Origin: Escherichia phage AV116
Direction: 5' to 3' (one strand)
DNA: 64,000 nt
Sequence record: OR352946.1
Part shown: piece by piece, positions 12,723 through 22,471 of the stretch
Layout of the letters: every line of letters begins with the position of its first letter
Numbering within the stretch: the stretch's first letter is position 1
Notes under the pieces: model-generated
Databases searched by the model: none
Told to the model about the DNA's origin: nothing
What the model saw: the letters and a program-made list of their open reading frames with translations, nothing else
Made by a program: the position numbers and the translations under genes

Positions 12723-13721
12723 TTATGATACTAATTCAATCCATGCAGGACGCAGAACATCTTGCACCATTCGGACTAATTCTTTCTTAACAAGATTCGG
12801 ATCATCAGATGATGTTAATACAATACCTTCACGAGAAGTTTCTTCTAGAATATCTTGAACAGTCAATCCCATCACTTTGCCAAAATCTTTTGGCGTTACA
12901 GTCCCAATCTTAGAAATCACATTATTAACACGATTTAATGTAACATAACAAGCTAGAACATCAAGCAAGTTTTTGTCAATTTCGGTTAATGGAACCTGAG
13001 TTTTAATAGGCTTATCAGACTTTTTCTTTTCACTAAATTTAGAGTTCTTGCACTTAATAGCTACACGAGTACCGTTTGGCAGCCATTTAGGGAAACAAGG
13101 CTTCAGAACATAACCTTCTGCCGTATTATCGCCAATAACATTAGCATCAAATACACAATTATTTGCTTCTACAAGGTCTTCCGATGCCGTAGCATTATAA
13201 GCGGCTAAGACGGAATCAAGGTCGTTTGGAATCATGATAAGAGCATCAAATGTTCCACGTCCAAGCATTGGTGCCATTTTAAAACCGAATTCATTACAGA
13301 AATCTTGCATTTCGTAATCGGTCAAATACGTATTATCACCACTTTCTGTATTGATAAGGATATCGAACACATAAAAATCTTTTTCACCGTAGTCAACACC
13401 TTTCTGGATTCCACCACCAGCGAATTCACCGAATACCTGATATGATACGGCTCGAGCTGTGTACATGAATTCCTGAACGGCTTTAATAGCTTTATCATAC
13501 TTCTTGAGTACGATTTCATAACCATAAAAATCTTCTGCTGGAAGAATAGGGCCTGTGCGCTTGGCGCATGTGACGTTGTCACGTTCAATTATTAACGAGA
13601 AGTTAGTCCCATGGATTTTCTCACGTGCTACCCAAACACCATTAGTCAAACCATTAGTGTAGAGTTTTTCAATAAACTTAGAGTTGTAGTGGTTTTCAAG
13701 ACTGCTGTATTTCTTAAACAT
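12723..13721 (-). CDS. rnlB: RNA ligase 2 (RnlB)
   Basis: 332 aa; nucleotidyltransferase lysine motif EKIHGTN near N-terminus; T4 Rnl2-like. Confidence 0.9.
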   Translation of the reverse strand: MFKKYSSLENHYNSKFIEKLYTNGLTNGVWVAREKIHGTNFSLIIERDNVTCAKRTGPILPAEDFYGYEIVLKKYDKAIKAVQEFMYTARAVSYQVFGEFAGGGIQKGVDYGEKDFYVFDILINTESGDNTYLTDYEMQDFCNEFGFKMAPMLGRGTFDALIMIPNDLDSVLAAYNATASEDLVEANNCVFDANVIGDNTAEGYVLKPCFPKWLPNGTRVAIKCKNSKFSEKKKSDKPIKTQVPLTEIDKNLLDVLACYVTLNRVNNVISKIGTVTPKDFGKVMGLTVQDILEETSREGIVLTSSDDPNLVKKELVRMVQDVLRPAWIELVS

Positions 13722-13840
13722 AAATCACCATTATAAATAATAATATCAAAATAATTAGCAGAGACTCTATCTCTGACCGGATGTTTAATTTGAATGGATA
13801 GAACCTAGATTCATTATACCATCAAAAATTGTAAAGCATA

Positions 13841-13951
13841 TTAGAACTTGATTTCTATCCAATGACCATCACGCTGGTCGTGATTAATTTTGTACTGAAA
13901 GCCGTTATCACGAAGCCATTGACCGACTTGTTCAGTTATAGTTAAAATCAT
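13841..13951 (-). CDS. small ORF (36 aa from ATG), possibly 3' part of a split gene
   Basis: track ORF begins at GTG 14035; first ATG gives MILTITEQ...; overlaps the upstream 53-aa ORF out of frame. Confidence 0.3.
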   Translation of the reverse strand: MILTITEQVGQWLRDNGFQYKINHDQRDGHWIEIKF

Positions 13952-14093
13952 TCTTTGACGGATAATATGTAAATTGTGTCTGGCCTTTGTCAGCGGCTTT
14001 CTCTGCCATCGCAGAGAAGTTAGTAATAAAATCACTCAACAAATTAGCTTTAGTGGCCAGAGCCCTTTCTCTTAATTCCTGTGCAAAACTCAT
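13932..14093 (-). CDS. small ORF (53 aa), possibly 5' part of a split gene
   Basis: ATG overlaps the stop of the upstream ORF (ATGA); MSFAQELRERALATK...; below the track length cutoff. Confidence 0.35.
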   Translation of the reverse strand: MSFAQELRERALATKANLLSDFITNFSAMAEKAADKGQTQFTYYPSKNDFNYN

Positions 14094-14323
14094 TTCTTCA
14101 CCTTTTTGTTAATCAAACGTTTACGGTATACAACTTTTTCTTTTGCTTTAAACTTTGACCGAGCTATCTCGGCTTTAGTCCATAGTAATCCAACTTCTTT
14201 AGGTTGTAAACCAATTTTTTGAGCAATTTCTACGAATGAAAATCCCGCCTCATGTAATGTATAAACTTCAACTTCAGCTCTCATAATCAATCCCGTACTA
14301 TTTGGTTGTGCCATTATATACAT
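14090..14323 (-). CDS. small helix-turn-helix-like protein
   Basis: 77 aa from internal ATG; HTH-like segment HEAGFSFVEIAQKIGLQPKEVG and basic tail; the longer track ORF overlaps the hoc terminator. Confidence 0.45.
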   Translation of the reverse strand: MYIMAQPNSTGLIMRAEVEVYTLHEAGFSFVEIAQKIGLQPKEVGLLWTKAEIARSKFKAKEKVVYRKRLINKKVKK

Positions 14324-14344
14324 CAATCTCAAGTTGTGTTTTGT

Positions 14345-14380
14345 ATGCTTTAAAAACGAAGTAAGGGGCCGAAGCCCCTT
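14345..14380 (-). terminator. intrinsic terminator after hoc
   Basis: minus-strand hairpin AAGGGGC-TTCG-GCCCCTT followed by CTTCGTTTTT. Confidence 0.65.
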
Positions 14381-14384
14381 ACGA

Positions 14385-15515
14385 TTATGGATATGTATAG
14401 ATGATACCAGTTTCCAAAGCAGTTTTATGGATGATGTATCCATTACGTGATTCTTGAACATCAACTTCCGGATAGTCTTTCATCATCTTCTGAAGAGTGT
14501 AACGATGCAGGTAGTATTTACTATCTGGATCTTCAGTTTTCCAATCTTTACCTTCTTCAGTCATTTTTTGTATTTCATCCATAACCCACCAACCGCACCA
14601 GATGTAAGCTGAAGTACGATGTGGAAGAGGATGAACATAAGGTAGTTCACCTTCTGGTTCTGGAGCAACTTTATCAGTTACCTGAACTTGACCTTCTGCT
14701 GTAATAGTTTTACTATCGTAATCAGTTGCAGTAATAGTTGCAGTAACTTCAATAGTTTGACTTCCAATAGATGAGGTATCAACGGTATATACATTAGTTG
14801 ACCCTTCTACAGGAGAAGAATCTTTCTTCCATGAATACGCAATTTGCGCTTCTTCTGGAGCATCCGTAACATTAGCTGTAAATGTAGCCGAAGCATCTTG
14901 TTGAACATTAATAGAAGGAGGAGTCAATGTAACCCGTGGATTCATTGTCTTCTTATTAACCGTTAATGATACTTCATTCGAAGTAACTTCCTTTGCATCA
15001 TAATCTGTCGCAGTTACTTGGGCTACACATTTAATTCTTTTTACTCCACTTGTAGTTGGAGTATAGCTAAATGTAGAGTTAGTTTCTCCACCAACCTGTG
15101 AATCATCTACATACCACTGATACGTAGCAGACGCTCCAACCGGTTGAGAAGCTAAGGCGGCAGTAAATTGAACTGTGGTTCCAATTACTCCGGCTGAAGG
15201 ACTATTGGGAGTTACTGCCAACGTAGTCGTTTGTGTCTTGTTTTGAACTGTGATAGTTGTAGAAGCTTCTGCTGTTTCAGCTTCAGCTTCTGGAACTGTA
15301 TTTGTTGCAACTACTTTAATAGTCTTTTGACCGGCAGGTCCTTTTAGTACATAACTAAAAGTTGCTTCAGCTCCATCTTGCGGAACATCATCTACAGTCC
15401 AAGCATATGTAATAGTTCCGCCTCCAGTTTCACCACCAGGTGTAGCAGTAAACTGCTGAGTCTGATCTATAACTCCAGTAGGTGTTTTAGGAGTTATATC
15501 AACTGTAAAAGCCAT
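14385..15515 (-). CDS. hoc: head outer capsid protein Hoc (Ig-like domains)
   Basis: 376 aa, N-terminus MAFTVDITPKTPTGVIDQTQQF... T4 Hoc-like; repeated Ig-like T/V-rich domains. Confidence 0.9.
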   Translation of the reverse strand: MAFTVDITPKTPTGVIDQTQQFTATPGGETGGGTITYAWTVDDVPQDGAEATFSYVLKGPAGQKTIKVVATNTVPEAEAETAEASTTITVQNKTQTTTLAVTPNSPSAGVIGTTVQFTAALASQPVGASATYQWYVDDSQVGGETNSTFSYTPTTSGVKRIKCVAQVTATDYDAKEVTSNEVSLTVNKKTMNPRVTLTPPSINVQQDASATFTANVTDAPEEAQIAYSWKKDSSPVEGSTNVYTVDTSSIGSQTIEVTATITATDYDSKTITAEGQVQVTDKVAPEPEGELPYVHPLPHRTSAYIWCGWWVMDEIQKMTEEGKDWKTEDPDSKYYLHRYTLQKMMKDYPEVDVQESRNGYIIHKTALETGIIYTYP

Positions 15516-15524
15516 AAGTTATCC

Positions 15525-16193
15525 TTATTTTAATGTTACGAAAGAAGAATTACGAGTTTCACGAATTAGAACTGATCCATCGCGATTAATATAATAAATT
15601 AAGCTAAATAATGTTTGGTGAGCAGAAGCGTGCACAAAACTGGTTGGGCGAGATTTCCAATCTGGAGTTTCGGCTATCCATTGATAAATCCACCAAGGAA
15701 CAGTAACATATCCTGGGCCTTTGCCTAATTTAATGAGTGTAGGACTAAAATTTTCAGGCAGAACAAATTTTACTTCTTTATTTACCTCTGACTCAGGCTC
15801 TTTTTCAGATTCAACAATCTGAGTAATTGCTTCTTCGAATTTATCGTGGTCGAATTCTTTTTCTTGTTCGACAACTTCTAATACTTCAACTTGTTCTGTT
15901 GGAGAATCAAACAACAGAATAGCTTCTTCTTTAACTTCTTCGTTGGTGAAATTAACACCGTCCACATCATCTGCGGCAGTAATTAAATCGGTGATAGATA
16001 ATCCATCAGTTTCAGGTAATGGTTCATCAGCCAGTGCGTTAAGAGCTTCTTCGATATCAATAACAATATTATCGAATGATTTTGTTTTCTTAACACTAAT
16101 GCCAAATTGTTCCGCATATTCAAACAGTTTAGCTTTGGCTTCCTTTTTATCAGAAAGAGCACGTAACTCTTCAATATAGTCTTTATCGATCAT
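15525..16193 (-). CDS. inh: prohead protease inhibitor Inh-like
   Basis: 222 aa acidic protein directly upstream of hoc, as T4 inh; RBS GAGGAAA. Confidence 0.7.
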   Translation of the reverse strand: MIDKDYIEELRALSDKKEAKAKLFEYAEQFGISVKKTKSFDNIVIDIEEALNALADEPLPETDGLSITDLITAADDVDGVNFTNEEVKEEAILLFDSPTEQVEVLEVVEQEKEFDHDKFEEAITQIVESEKEPESEVNKEVKFVLPENFSPTLIKLGKGPGYVTVPWWIYQWIAETPDWKSRPTSFVHASAHQTLFSLIYYINRDGSVLIRETRNSSFVTLK

Positions 16194-16206
16194 GATATTT
16201 CCTCAT

Positions 16207-16214
16207 TATAAATA
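16207..16214 (+). promoter_or_regulatory. late promoter TATAAATA for uvsW
   Basis: TATAAATA 30 nt upstream of the uvsW ATG in the inh/uvsW divergent gap. Confidence 0.65.
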
Positions 16215-16243
16215 TAACTATATTTATTACATGGTAATTTGAC

Positions 16244-17758
16244 ATGACTGACGTTAAAGTACATTTTCATGATTTTAGTCACGTGCGCATTGAATGCGAC
16301 GAAAGTACGTTTTACGAACTTCGTGACTTTTTTAGCTTTGAAGCTGACGGGTATAAATTTAACCCGCGTTACAAATATGGGAACTGGGATGGTAGAATTC
16401 GACTTTTAGATTACAATCGTTTGTTACCATATGGACTTGTAGGACAAATAAAAAAGTTCTGTAACAATATGAGTTATTCTGTATGGATTGACCCTAAAAT
16501 CTTTGAGACCGAAGACCTTACCAGGGAAGATTTTGACGCATGGCTTTCTAAACAAGAAATTTATTCAGGCAACGCCAAAATCGAACCACATTGGTATCAA
16601 AAAGATGCGGTATATGAAGGACTAGTTAATCGTCGTCGAATTTTAAACCTTCCGACATCAGCAGGTAAATCACTAATCCAAGCACTTTTAGCTCGGTATT
16701 ATCTAGAGAACTATGAAGGTAAAATTCTCATTATCGTCCCTACAACAGCATTGACAACCCAGATGGCTAATGATTTTGTTGATTATCGCTTGTTTAGTCA
16801 TTCGATGATTAAGAAAATTGGCGGTGGCGCTGATAAAGCAGACAGAGCTAAAAACGACGCTCCAATTATTGTTGGCACATGGCAAACGGTAGTTAAGCAG
16901 CCTAAAGAATGGTTCTCTCAGTTCGGTATGATGATGAACGATGAATGCCACTTAGCAACAGGCAAAAGTATTTCTTCAATCATCGCAGGATTAAATAATT
17001 GTATGTTTAAATTCGGTTTATCTGGCTCATTAAGAGACGGAAAAGCCAATGTAATGCAGTACGTAGGTATGTTCGGTGAAATCTTCCGTCCTGTTAGCAC
17101 GTCTAAATTAATGGAAGATGGACAGGTAACTGAGCTTAAGATTAATAGTATTTTCCTTCGTTATCCGGACGAATTCACCGTTAAATTAAAAGGTAAAACA
17201 TACCAAGAAGAAGTTAAAATTATTACCGGACTAAAACGTCGTACAAAGTGGATTGCTCAACTTTCAGTCAAATTGGCTAAGAAAGACGAGAACGCCTTTG
17301 TAATGTTTAAACACGTTACACACGGTAAAGAAATATTTGAAGCTATTAAAGAGCTTGGATACGAAAAAGTTTATTACGTATCAGGTGAAGTTGATACCGA
17401 AACACGTAACGCGCTTAAAGTCATGGCAGAAAATGGTAAAGGCATTATTATTGTCGCATCATATGGAGTATTCTCTACTGGTATTTCAGTCAAGAATCTT
17501 CATCATGTTATTTTTGCCCATGGTGTTAAATCAAAAATTATTGTACTTCAAACCGTAGGTCGTGTGCTTCGTAAGCATGGTTCTAAAGCTGTTGCTACAG
17601 TTTGGGATCTCATCGACGATGCAGGTGTAAAACCTAAATCATTAAATACTAAAAAGAAGTATACTCATCTTAATTACTTGTTAAAACACGGTATTGATCG
17701 TATCCAACGTTACGCTGATGAGAAATTTAACTATGTAATGAAAACAATTAATTTATAA
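16244..17758 (+). CDS. uvsW: UvsW DNA/RNA helicase (SF2)
   Basis: 504 aa; Walker A LPTSAGKS and DECH box (MMNDECH); T4 UvsW-like. Confidence 0.9.
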   Translation: MTDVKVHFHDFSHVRIECDESTFYELRDFFSFEADGYKFNPRYKYGNWDGRIRLLDYNRLLPYGLVGQIKKFCNNMSYSVWIDPKIFETEDLTREDFDAWLSKQEIYSGNAKIEPHWYQKDAVYEGLVNRRRILNLPTSAGKSLIQALLARYYLENYEGKILIIVPTTALTTQMANDFVDYRLFSHSMIKKIGGGADKADRAKNDAPIIVGTWQTVVKQPKEWFSQFGMMMNDECHLATGKSISSIIAGLNNCMFKFGLSGSLRDGKANVMQYVGMFGEIFRPVSTSKLMEDGQVTELKINSIFLRYPDEFTVKLKGKTYQEEVKIITGLKRRTKWIAQLSVKLAKKDENAFVMFKHVTHGKEIFEAIKELGYEKVYYVSGEVDTETRNALKVMAENGKGIIIVASYGVFSTGISVKNLHHVIFAHGVKSKIIVLQTVGRVLRKHGSKAVATVWDLIDDAGVKPKSLNTKKKYTHLNYLLKHGIDRIQRYADEKFNYVMKTINL

Positions 17759-17772
17759 GGGCTTCGGCCCTT
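17757..17772 (+). other. UUCG-loop stem-loop overlapping the uvsW stop
   Basis: AAGGGC-TTCG-GCCCTT immediately before the uvsW.1 RBS AGGAG; no T-run, so a stability or processing element rather than a terminator. Confidence 0.5.
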
Positions 17773-17783
17773 AGGAGATAAAA

Positions 17784-18017
17784 ATGGTACTTGAATTTAA
17801 ACAATTTTTATACGAAGCATCTATTGACGAATTCATGGGTAAAATTGCTAGTTGTCATACCCTAGAAGGGCTTGAAGAATTGGAAGCTTATTATAAGAAA
17901 CGTATAAAAGAAACGGAATTAAAAGATACAGATGATATTTCTGTCAGGGATGCCTTAGCAGGTAAGCGTGCCGAACTTGAAGGCGACGATGATGAGGATG
18001 TGGAAGAAGACTTCTAA
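17784..18017 (+). CDS. uvsW.1: UvsW.1 small acidic protein
   Basis: 77 aa, acidic C-terminus, directly downstream of uvsW. Confidence 0.7.
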   Translation: MVLEFKQFLYEASIDEFMGKIASCHTLEGLEELEAYYKKRIKETELKDTDDISVRDALAGKRAELEGDDDEDVEEDF

Positions 18018-18024
18018 TTAAAAA

Positions 18025-18058
18025 AAAAAGGCCCGACCTTTTTGGAAGGGCCAAAAAC
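18025..18058. terminator. terminator-like element between convergent units
   Basis: A10-GGCCC...GGGCC; on the minus strand the GC stem is followed by T10. Confidence 0.55.
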
Positions 18059-18078
18059 CATAGGCAAAAAAGGTAACA

Positions 18079-18246
18079 CTATAGTAAAAGTTGGGTTTCG
18101 TTCAATTGCTCTTCTGAACTTTCTGAAACCGGCAATTGTTGGACATAGTTATAACAAGGACCAGGATGTGCTGGACCTTTGTCTGTTTCAACAACCAATG
18201 CAGAATCGATTGGAGTTTTACAGACAACACAAATCTTATCTGACAT
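18079..18246 (-). CDS. small protein (55 aa, uvsY.-2-like position)
   Basis: ATG at 18246 with AGGAGG SD 5 nt upstream; MSDKICVVCKTPIDS...; below the track cutoff; replaces the plus-strand track ORF 18042-18248. Confidence 0.5.
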   Translation of the reverse strand: MSDKICVVCKTPIDSALVVETDKGPAHPGPCYNYVQQLPVSESSEEQLNETQLLL

Positions 18247-18275
18247 GATTGCCTCCTAAGTTGAAATTACATATC

Positions 18276-18283
18276 TATTTATA
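18276..18283 (-). promoter_or_regulatory. late promoter TATAAATA (minus strand)
   Basis: plus-strand TATTTATA about 30 nt upstream of the 55-aa ORF start. Confidence 0.55.
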
Positions 18284-18503
18284 CAACTCTCATATGCATA
18301 TCAATGCCCATATCTTTAGAATAAAAATATTCATCAAGATATCCGGCAAATTTTCCTTTAATATAAAGGACGTCTTCGCCACAAGGATGGTCTGCCAGGA
18401 TACGAATATCCTGACGACGTAGACGATACTTTTCCATTAAGAATTTAATTTCAGTTTCAAATTCTTCGTCATTATTAAAGGCATCTTCAATTGAATAACG
18501 CAT
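18279..18503 (-). CDS. small protein (74 aa, uvsY.-1-like position)
   Basis: ORF directly downstream of uvsY with 1-nt stop/start overlap. Confidence 0.55.
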   Translation of the reverse strand: MRYSIEDAFNNDEEFETEIKFLMEKYRLRRQDIRILADHPCGEDVLYIKGKFAGYLDEYFYSKDMGIDMHMRVV

Positions 18504-18916
18504 TATTGCCCCGCTTCAAATTCTCGCATATCCTGGATATGTTTAAGTGCAAAACTACGAGACTTAACTGCGTCAAGTGCACCACTACAGAACTCAAGTA
18601 AAATTCCCCAGTATTGTAAAGTAGTCTCTATTTTAAGCACATCTTTATCTGCAGCCAGGACAGTTTTCATTTCAGATTTCTCGTATCGGTCCATACTGAA
18701 TTCATCACCGTCACCTCGTCCCGAGTAGTAGTCTAATCTTGCTTTTAGAGCAGTTTTCTTCTGAGTCTCTATACGCAACATTTCTTTACGAATAAATGAG
18801 TGCTTACGTAGCCATTTGCTGTATAACTTAACATTATTCGCCGTCTCGTATTGCAACTTTGTCGTATCAATAGCTAAGTCTGCGTCTAACTCTTCCTGTA
18901 AATCTTCCAGCTTCAT
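18503..18916 (-). CDS. uvsY: recombination mediator UvsY
   Basis: 137 aa from ATG at 18916 (MKLEDLQEEL...), matching T4 UvsY length; the track extends 27 codons upstream to an ATG overlapping the gene 25 stop. Confidence 0.9.
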   Translation of the reverse strand: MKLEDLQEELDADLAIDTTKLQYETANNVKLYSKWLRKHSFIRKEMLRIETQKKTALKARLDYYSGRGDGDEFSMDRYEKSEMKTVLAADKDVLKIETTLQYWGILLEFCSGALDAVKSRSFALKHIQDMREFEAGQ

Positions 18917-18996
18917 AATATTCTCTCTTTTAACTAATAATCTCCCGGCTGTATCGGAAGGACCTAAAACCATTATACATAGGTTGCCTTGAAGCA

Positions 18997-19395
18997 TTAC
19001 ACTCTATTGCTTGACGCTAACTGAAGTTTAATTTGTTCAATATCGTCAGGGTTGTCTACGACCGAAAATCTAATCTCTACTATAACCGTATAGTCATCAT
19101 ATACTGGCGTTACACTTACAGAAAGTTTGTCGATGCGTGGCTCATAGTTACGAACAGCTGCCTGGATATTACGCTCAATCGTATCGGCTGTAAGTGGTGT
19201 CATGTTCTCGAAAAGTTCATCAACCAAATCGCATCCAAATTCAGGGTCGAAGGGGCGTGAGCCTTTTCTAGTTGTCACTATGCCAAGAAGACTATTTTTA
19301 ATAGAACGAAGTCCTACAGAACGAGCAACGTCCTTGTTCCAATCCATACGCATTTCTGGGTCGATATCTGAATAAAGTTTATTGATATTAGACAT
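18997..19395 (-). CDS. 25: baseplate wedge protein gp25
   Basis: 132 aa, T4 gp25-like (GPW/gp25 family). Confidence 0.9.
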   Translation of the reverse strand: MSNINKLYSDIDPEMRMDWNKDVARSVGLRSIKNSLLGIVTTRKGSRPFDPEFGCDLVDELFENMTPLTADTIERNIQAAVRNYEPRIDKLSVSVTPVYDDYTVIVEIRFSVVDNPDDIEQIKLQLASSNRV

Positions 19396-20021
19396 TATAG
19401 TAACTCAAAGAATTCTTTGAGGCCTCGTATTGTGTGAACGTGTGACGCCCCACATTTGGGGCATTTAATAGGGGTTGCCAGATAAATTGATGGCGACACC
19501 AAAAGATTTTTAATATTGATCATGTCATCTTCTGTTATAAGGCCATAAAGGTCGTTTATTTCTGCTTCAGTTAAATCTTCAACAGGGATGGACTCTCCAT
19601 TGACAAAAACAGCCTCAATACATGAAGCAATCATTAATGCGATATTTTTATCGTCAAATAATTTAGGTTGACGGAACTTAATTTTAATACCACTAAACGA
19701 ATACCAGGGATCGGCCTGTTCATCTAATTGAGTGTGCAATAAATTCATATAGACTTGAAATGAATGCCCACAGGAACAATTCCAGGTGTGTTCTTGATTC
19801 ACTTCACCTAATGAATGTGCCCACAGATTTACCAACAATAACTCGGCTTCTTGTTTAGTCAAGTTTTTAGCGTTAGAGCAATTAGTGATAATATTGTTCA
19901 CTGCTGATTCAATAGTACCGGTAGCCCGCGCACCTATGAGTCCTAAATATTCTTTTAAAGTAAAGGCTCTACAATTCACTTCTTTATCGCCTAAACGTAC
20001 GGTAAACGTATATTTGTACAT
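19395..20021 (-). CDS. 26: baseplate hub subunit gp26
   Basis: 208 aa, T4 gp26 size; Cys/His cluster; RBS AAGGAG. Confidence 0.85.
   Translation of the reverse strand: MYKYTFTVRLGDKEVNCRAFTLKEYLGLIGARATGTIESAVNNIITNCSNAKNLTKQEAELLLVNLWAHSLGEVNQEHTWNCSCGHSFQVYMNLLHTQLDEQADPWYSFSGIKIKFRQPKLFDDKNIALMIASCIEAVFVNGESIPVEDLTEAEINDLYGLITEDDMINIKNLLVSPSIYLATPIKCPKCGASHVHTIRGLKEFFELL
19396..19426 (-). promoter_or_regulatory. split ribosome-binding site of gene 25
   Basis: mRNA reads GAGG-c-[CUCAAAG-AAUU-CUUUGAG]-UUACUAUA-AUG; SD is 27 nt from AUG linearly, near 9 nt if the 7-bp hairpin forms. Confidence 0.65.
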
Positions 20022-20039
20022 GTTAACTCCTTTATTGTG

Positions 20040-20047
20040 TATTTATA
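20040..20047 (-). promoter_or_regulatory. late promoter TATAAATA for genes 26-25 (minus strand)
   Basis: plus-strand TATTTATA 19 nt upstream of the gene 26 ATG; part of palindrome TATTTATAAATA. Confidence 0.6.
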
Positions 20048-20051
20048 AATA
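20044..20051 (+). promoter_or_regulatory. late promoter TATAAATA for gene 51
   Basis: TATAAATA 18 nt upstream of the gene 51 ATG, overlapping the divergent promoter by 4 nt. Confidence 0.6.
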
Positions 20052-20068
20052 ATAGAAAAGGAGTAATT

Positions 20069-20821
20069 ATGGCTAATATAATTCGTTGTAAATTACCGGA
20101 TGGTGTTCATCGTTTTAAGCCGTTCACTGTGGCGGATTATAGAGACTTTTTACTAGTTAGAAATGATATCGAACATCGTTCGCCGCAAGAACAAAAAGAA
20201 ATAATTGCCGATCTGATTGATGATTATTTTGGCGAGTACCCTAAAACATGGCAACCATTTATATTCCTGCAAGTTTTTGCAGGCTCTATAGGCAAAACAA
20301 AAGTTCCCGTTATTTTCACTTGCCCTAAATGCTCTAAAGAAAAAACTGCACCATTTGAGATATATCAAAAAGAACTAGTCGAACCTGAACTTGATGTTGC
20401 TGGTATAAAAATACGTTTTTCTTTCCCTGAAAAGTTTTATGACAACAAGGCATTAATGATAAGTGAAAACATAAAAGAAATATATTATAATGATGAATGG
20501 TACCCATGGAATGATTTGACTGAAGAGAACCAAATCCAAGTAATAGAAGCAATAGACATTGACTCGCTCGAGAAGGTTATTGCTTCTATGAATCCTATTA
20601 ATTTGACCCTTAGATTAGGTTGTTGTGAACGACATGTTAAAACATATACTGATATCTTAGAGGTTTTTAAATTGTTAGTTAACCCTGATGAGATTTTTAC
20701 ATTCTATCAGATAAACCATTCACTAGTAAAGAGCCAATACACATTGGATTCTATTATGCAAATGATTCCTGTTGAACGTGGTATTGCTTTAACATTAGTA
20801 GAAAAGGACCATAAAAAATGA
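20069..20821 (+). CDS. 51: baseplate hub assembly protein gp51
   Basis: 250 aa, position between 26 and 27. Confidence 0.85.
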   Translation: MANIIRCKLPDGVHRFKPFTVADYRDFLLVRNDIEHRSPQEQKEIIADLIDDYFGEYPKTWQPFIFLQVFAGSIGKTKVPVIFTCPKCSKEKTAPFEIYQKELVEPELDVAGIKIRFSFPEKFYDNKALMISENIKEIYYNDEWYPWNDLTEENQIQVIEAIDIDSLEKVIASMNPINLTLRLGCCERHVKTYTDILEVFKLLVNPDEIFTFYQINHSLVKSQYTLDSIMQMIPVERGIALTLVEKDHKK

Positions 20822-21990
20822 AAGTATTCCAACGTCCAGGATATCCTAACTTAAGCGTTAAATTATACCAAGATTATTCGGCTTGGCAAGAAAATAGATA
20901 CGTTGAACTCGCGGCAACAATAACAACTTTAACCATGCGAGATTCGCTATATGGAAGAAATGAAGGGATTCTTCAATTTTATGACACTAAAAACATCCAC
21001 ACTAAAATGGACGGTAGACAGATAGTTCAAATCTCTGTTTCAAATTCAAACACACCTCTCCAAGTTAGAACTCGAATTTATGGATGTAGACATTATTCTG
21101 TGTCTGTGGACTCAAAAGGTGACAATATTATTGCAATTGAGCTTGGAACAATACATTCTATAGAGAACCTTAAATTTGGGCGTCCATTCTTCCCGGACGC
21201 AGGCGAATCTATACGTGAAATGTTAGGTGTCATATACAAAGACCGTGCGTTAATTACTCCGCCAATAAACACTATTAATGCTTATGTTCCTGATATCCCT
21301 TGGACAAGCACATTTGATGATTATTTGGCATATGTCAGAGAATTAGGACTTGCTACAGCGAGTGATAAGTTCGTATTCGTATGGCAAGATATTTTAGGCG
21401 TAAACATGATTGACTACGATACTCTTATTGGACAGGAAGGCATTAAGATGATTGTAGGTGAGCCAAATACTGTAGGTCAGTATATTCAAGAGCTTGAGTA
21501 TCCATTAGTATGGGATTTCACCTGGATGACTAAAGCTAACCAATTTACAAGAGACCCTATTAAAAACGCCACGATATTCGCTCATTCATTTTTAGATACA
21601 TCTATTCCGGTTATTGTTACAGGCGATGGTGATAATGCTATTCTTGTGTCAAGATCCGGTGGATATTCCGAAATGACCTATCGTAATGGATTTGAAGAAG
21701 CAAGTCGTCTTCAGACAATGGCTCAATATGACGGATATGCTAAATGCACTACTACAGGCAATTTTAACATAACGCCTGCTACTAAAATTATATTTGTTGA
21801 CCAAAAGAACCAATTCAAATCCGAATTTTACGTAGATGAAGTTATTCATGAGTTATCAAATAACAACTCACAAACTCATCTGTACATGTTTACCAACTCA
21901 ATGGTGTTAGAACCTGTTAACCCAGTTAAGGTTAAAAATGAACTTAAATCTGATTCTACCTCTAAAGAAAATAATTCTACCACAGTCTAA
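20818..21990 (+). CDS. 27: baseplate hub protein gp27
   Basis: 390 aa, T4 gp27 size and position. Confidence 0.9.
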   Translation: MKVFQRPGYPNLSVKLYQDYSAWQENRYVELAATITTLTMRDSLYGRNEGILQFYDTKNIHTKMDGRQIVQISVSNSNTPLQVRTRIYGCRHYSVSVDSKGDNIIAIELGTIHSIENLKFGRPFFPDAGESIREMLGVIYKDRALITPPINTINAYVPDIPWTSTFDDYLAYVRELGLATASDKFVFVWQDILGVNMIDYDTLIGQEGIKMIVGEPNTVGQYIQELEYPLVWDFTWMTKANQFTRDPIKNATIFAHSFLDTSIPVIVTGDGDNAILVSRSGGYSEMTYRNGFEEASRLQTMAQYDGYAKCTTTGNFNITPATKIIFVDQKNQFKSEFYVDEVIHELSNNNSQTHLYMFTNSMVLEPVNPVKVKNELKSDSTSKENNSTTV

Positions 21991-22471
21991 TAAAAAGGTA
22001 ATGATTCCTAAATTAGGGCTCAAACATTATAATCTTTTAAAGGACGTTAAAGGTCCTGATGAAAACATGAAAATCTTAGCTGATTCTATTTGTAAAAATA
22101 TGAGTCCCGCAGATTTTGATTTTGCATGTCTACACATATTGGAATTTAATAACAAACTTAAGTCTGAAGTTGAAAAAGATGGATTCACTTATAAACTAGA
22201 TGACGTCTATGTATGCCAACGAACAGAATTCCAATTCCAAGGTAATACTTTTTATTTTAGACCACCAGGCAAATTTGAACAATTCGCTACAATCAGTGAA
22301 ATGCTATCAAATTGCTTAATAAAAGTTAATGACGAAGAGAAAGAAATTTCTTTCCTTGAGATGCCTGCTTTTGTAATCAAATGGGCAGAAGACCTTTCGA
22401 CAACTATTGCTATTCCAGGCCCTAATGGTCCTATTAAGGGTATAGCAGAAATTATTGGATTGCTTGAATGA
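21938..22471 (+). CDS. 28: baseplate hub distal subunit gp28
   Basis: 177 aa, overlaps gene 27 end. Confidence 0.85.
   Translation: MNLNLILPLKKIILPQSNKKVMIPKLGLKHYNLLKDVKGPDENMKILADSICKNMSPADFDFACLHILEFNNKLKSEVEKDGFTYKLDDVYVCQRTEFQFQGNTFYFRPPGKFEQFATISEMLSNCLIKVNDEEKEISFLEMPAFVIKWAEDLSTTIAIPGPNGPIKGIAEIIGLLE

Noticed and set aside
14324-14464. N-terminal 47 codons of the 124-aa track ORF next to hoc
   Set aside because: Overlaps the hoc stop and terminator hairpin in another frame; the internal ATG is more plausible
18042-18248. Plus-strand 68-aa track ORF between uvsW.1 and uvsY.-1
   Set aside because: No SD, begins inside the terminator element; the minus-strand 55-aa ORF with AGGAGG and a late promoter explains the locus better
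18917-18997. N-terminal 27-codon extension of the uvsY track ORF
   Set aside because: UvsY is 137 aa in T4 and the conserved MKLEDLQEEL start is at 18916; the upstream ATG overlaps the gene 25 stop and lacks conservation
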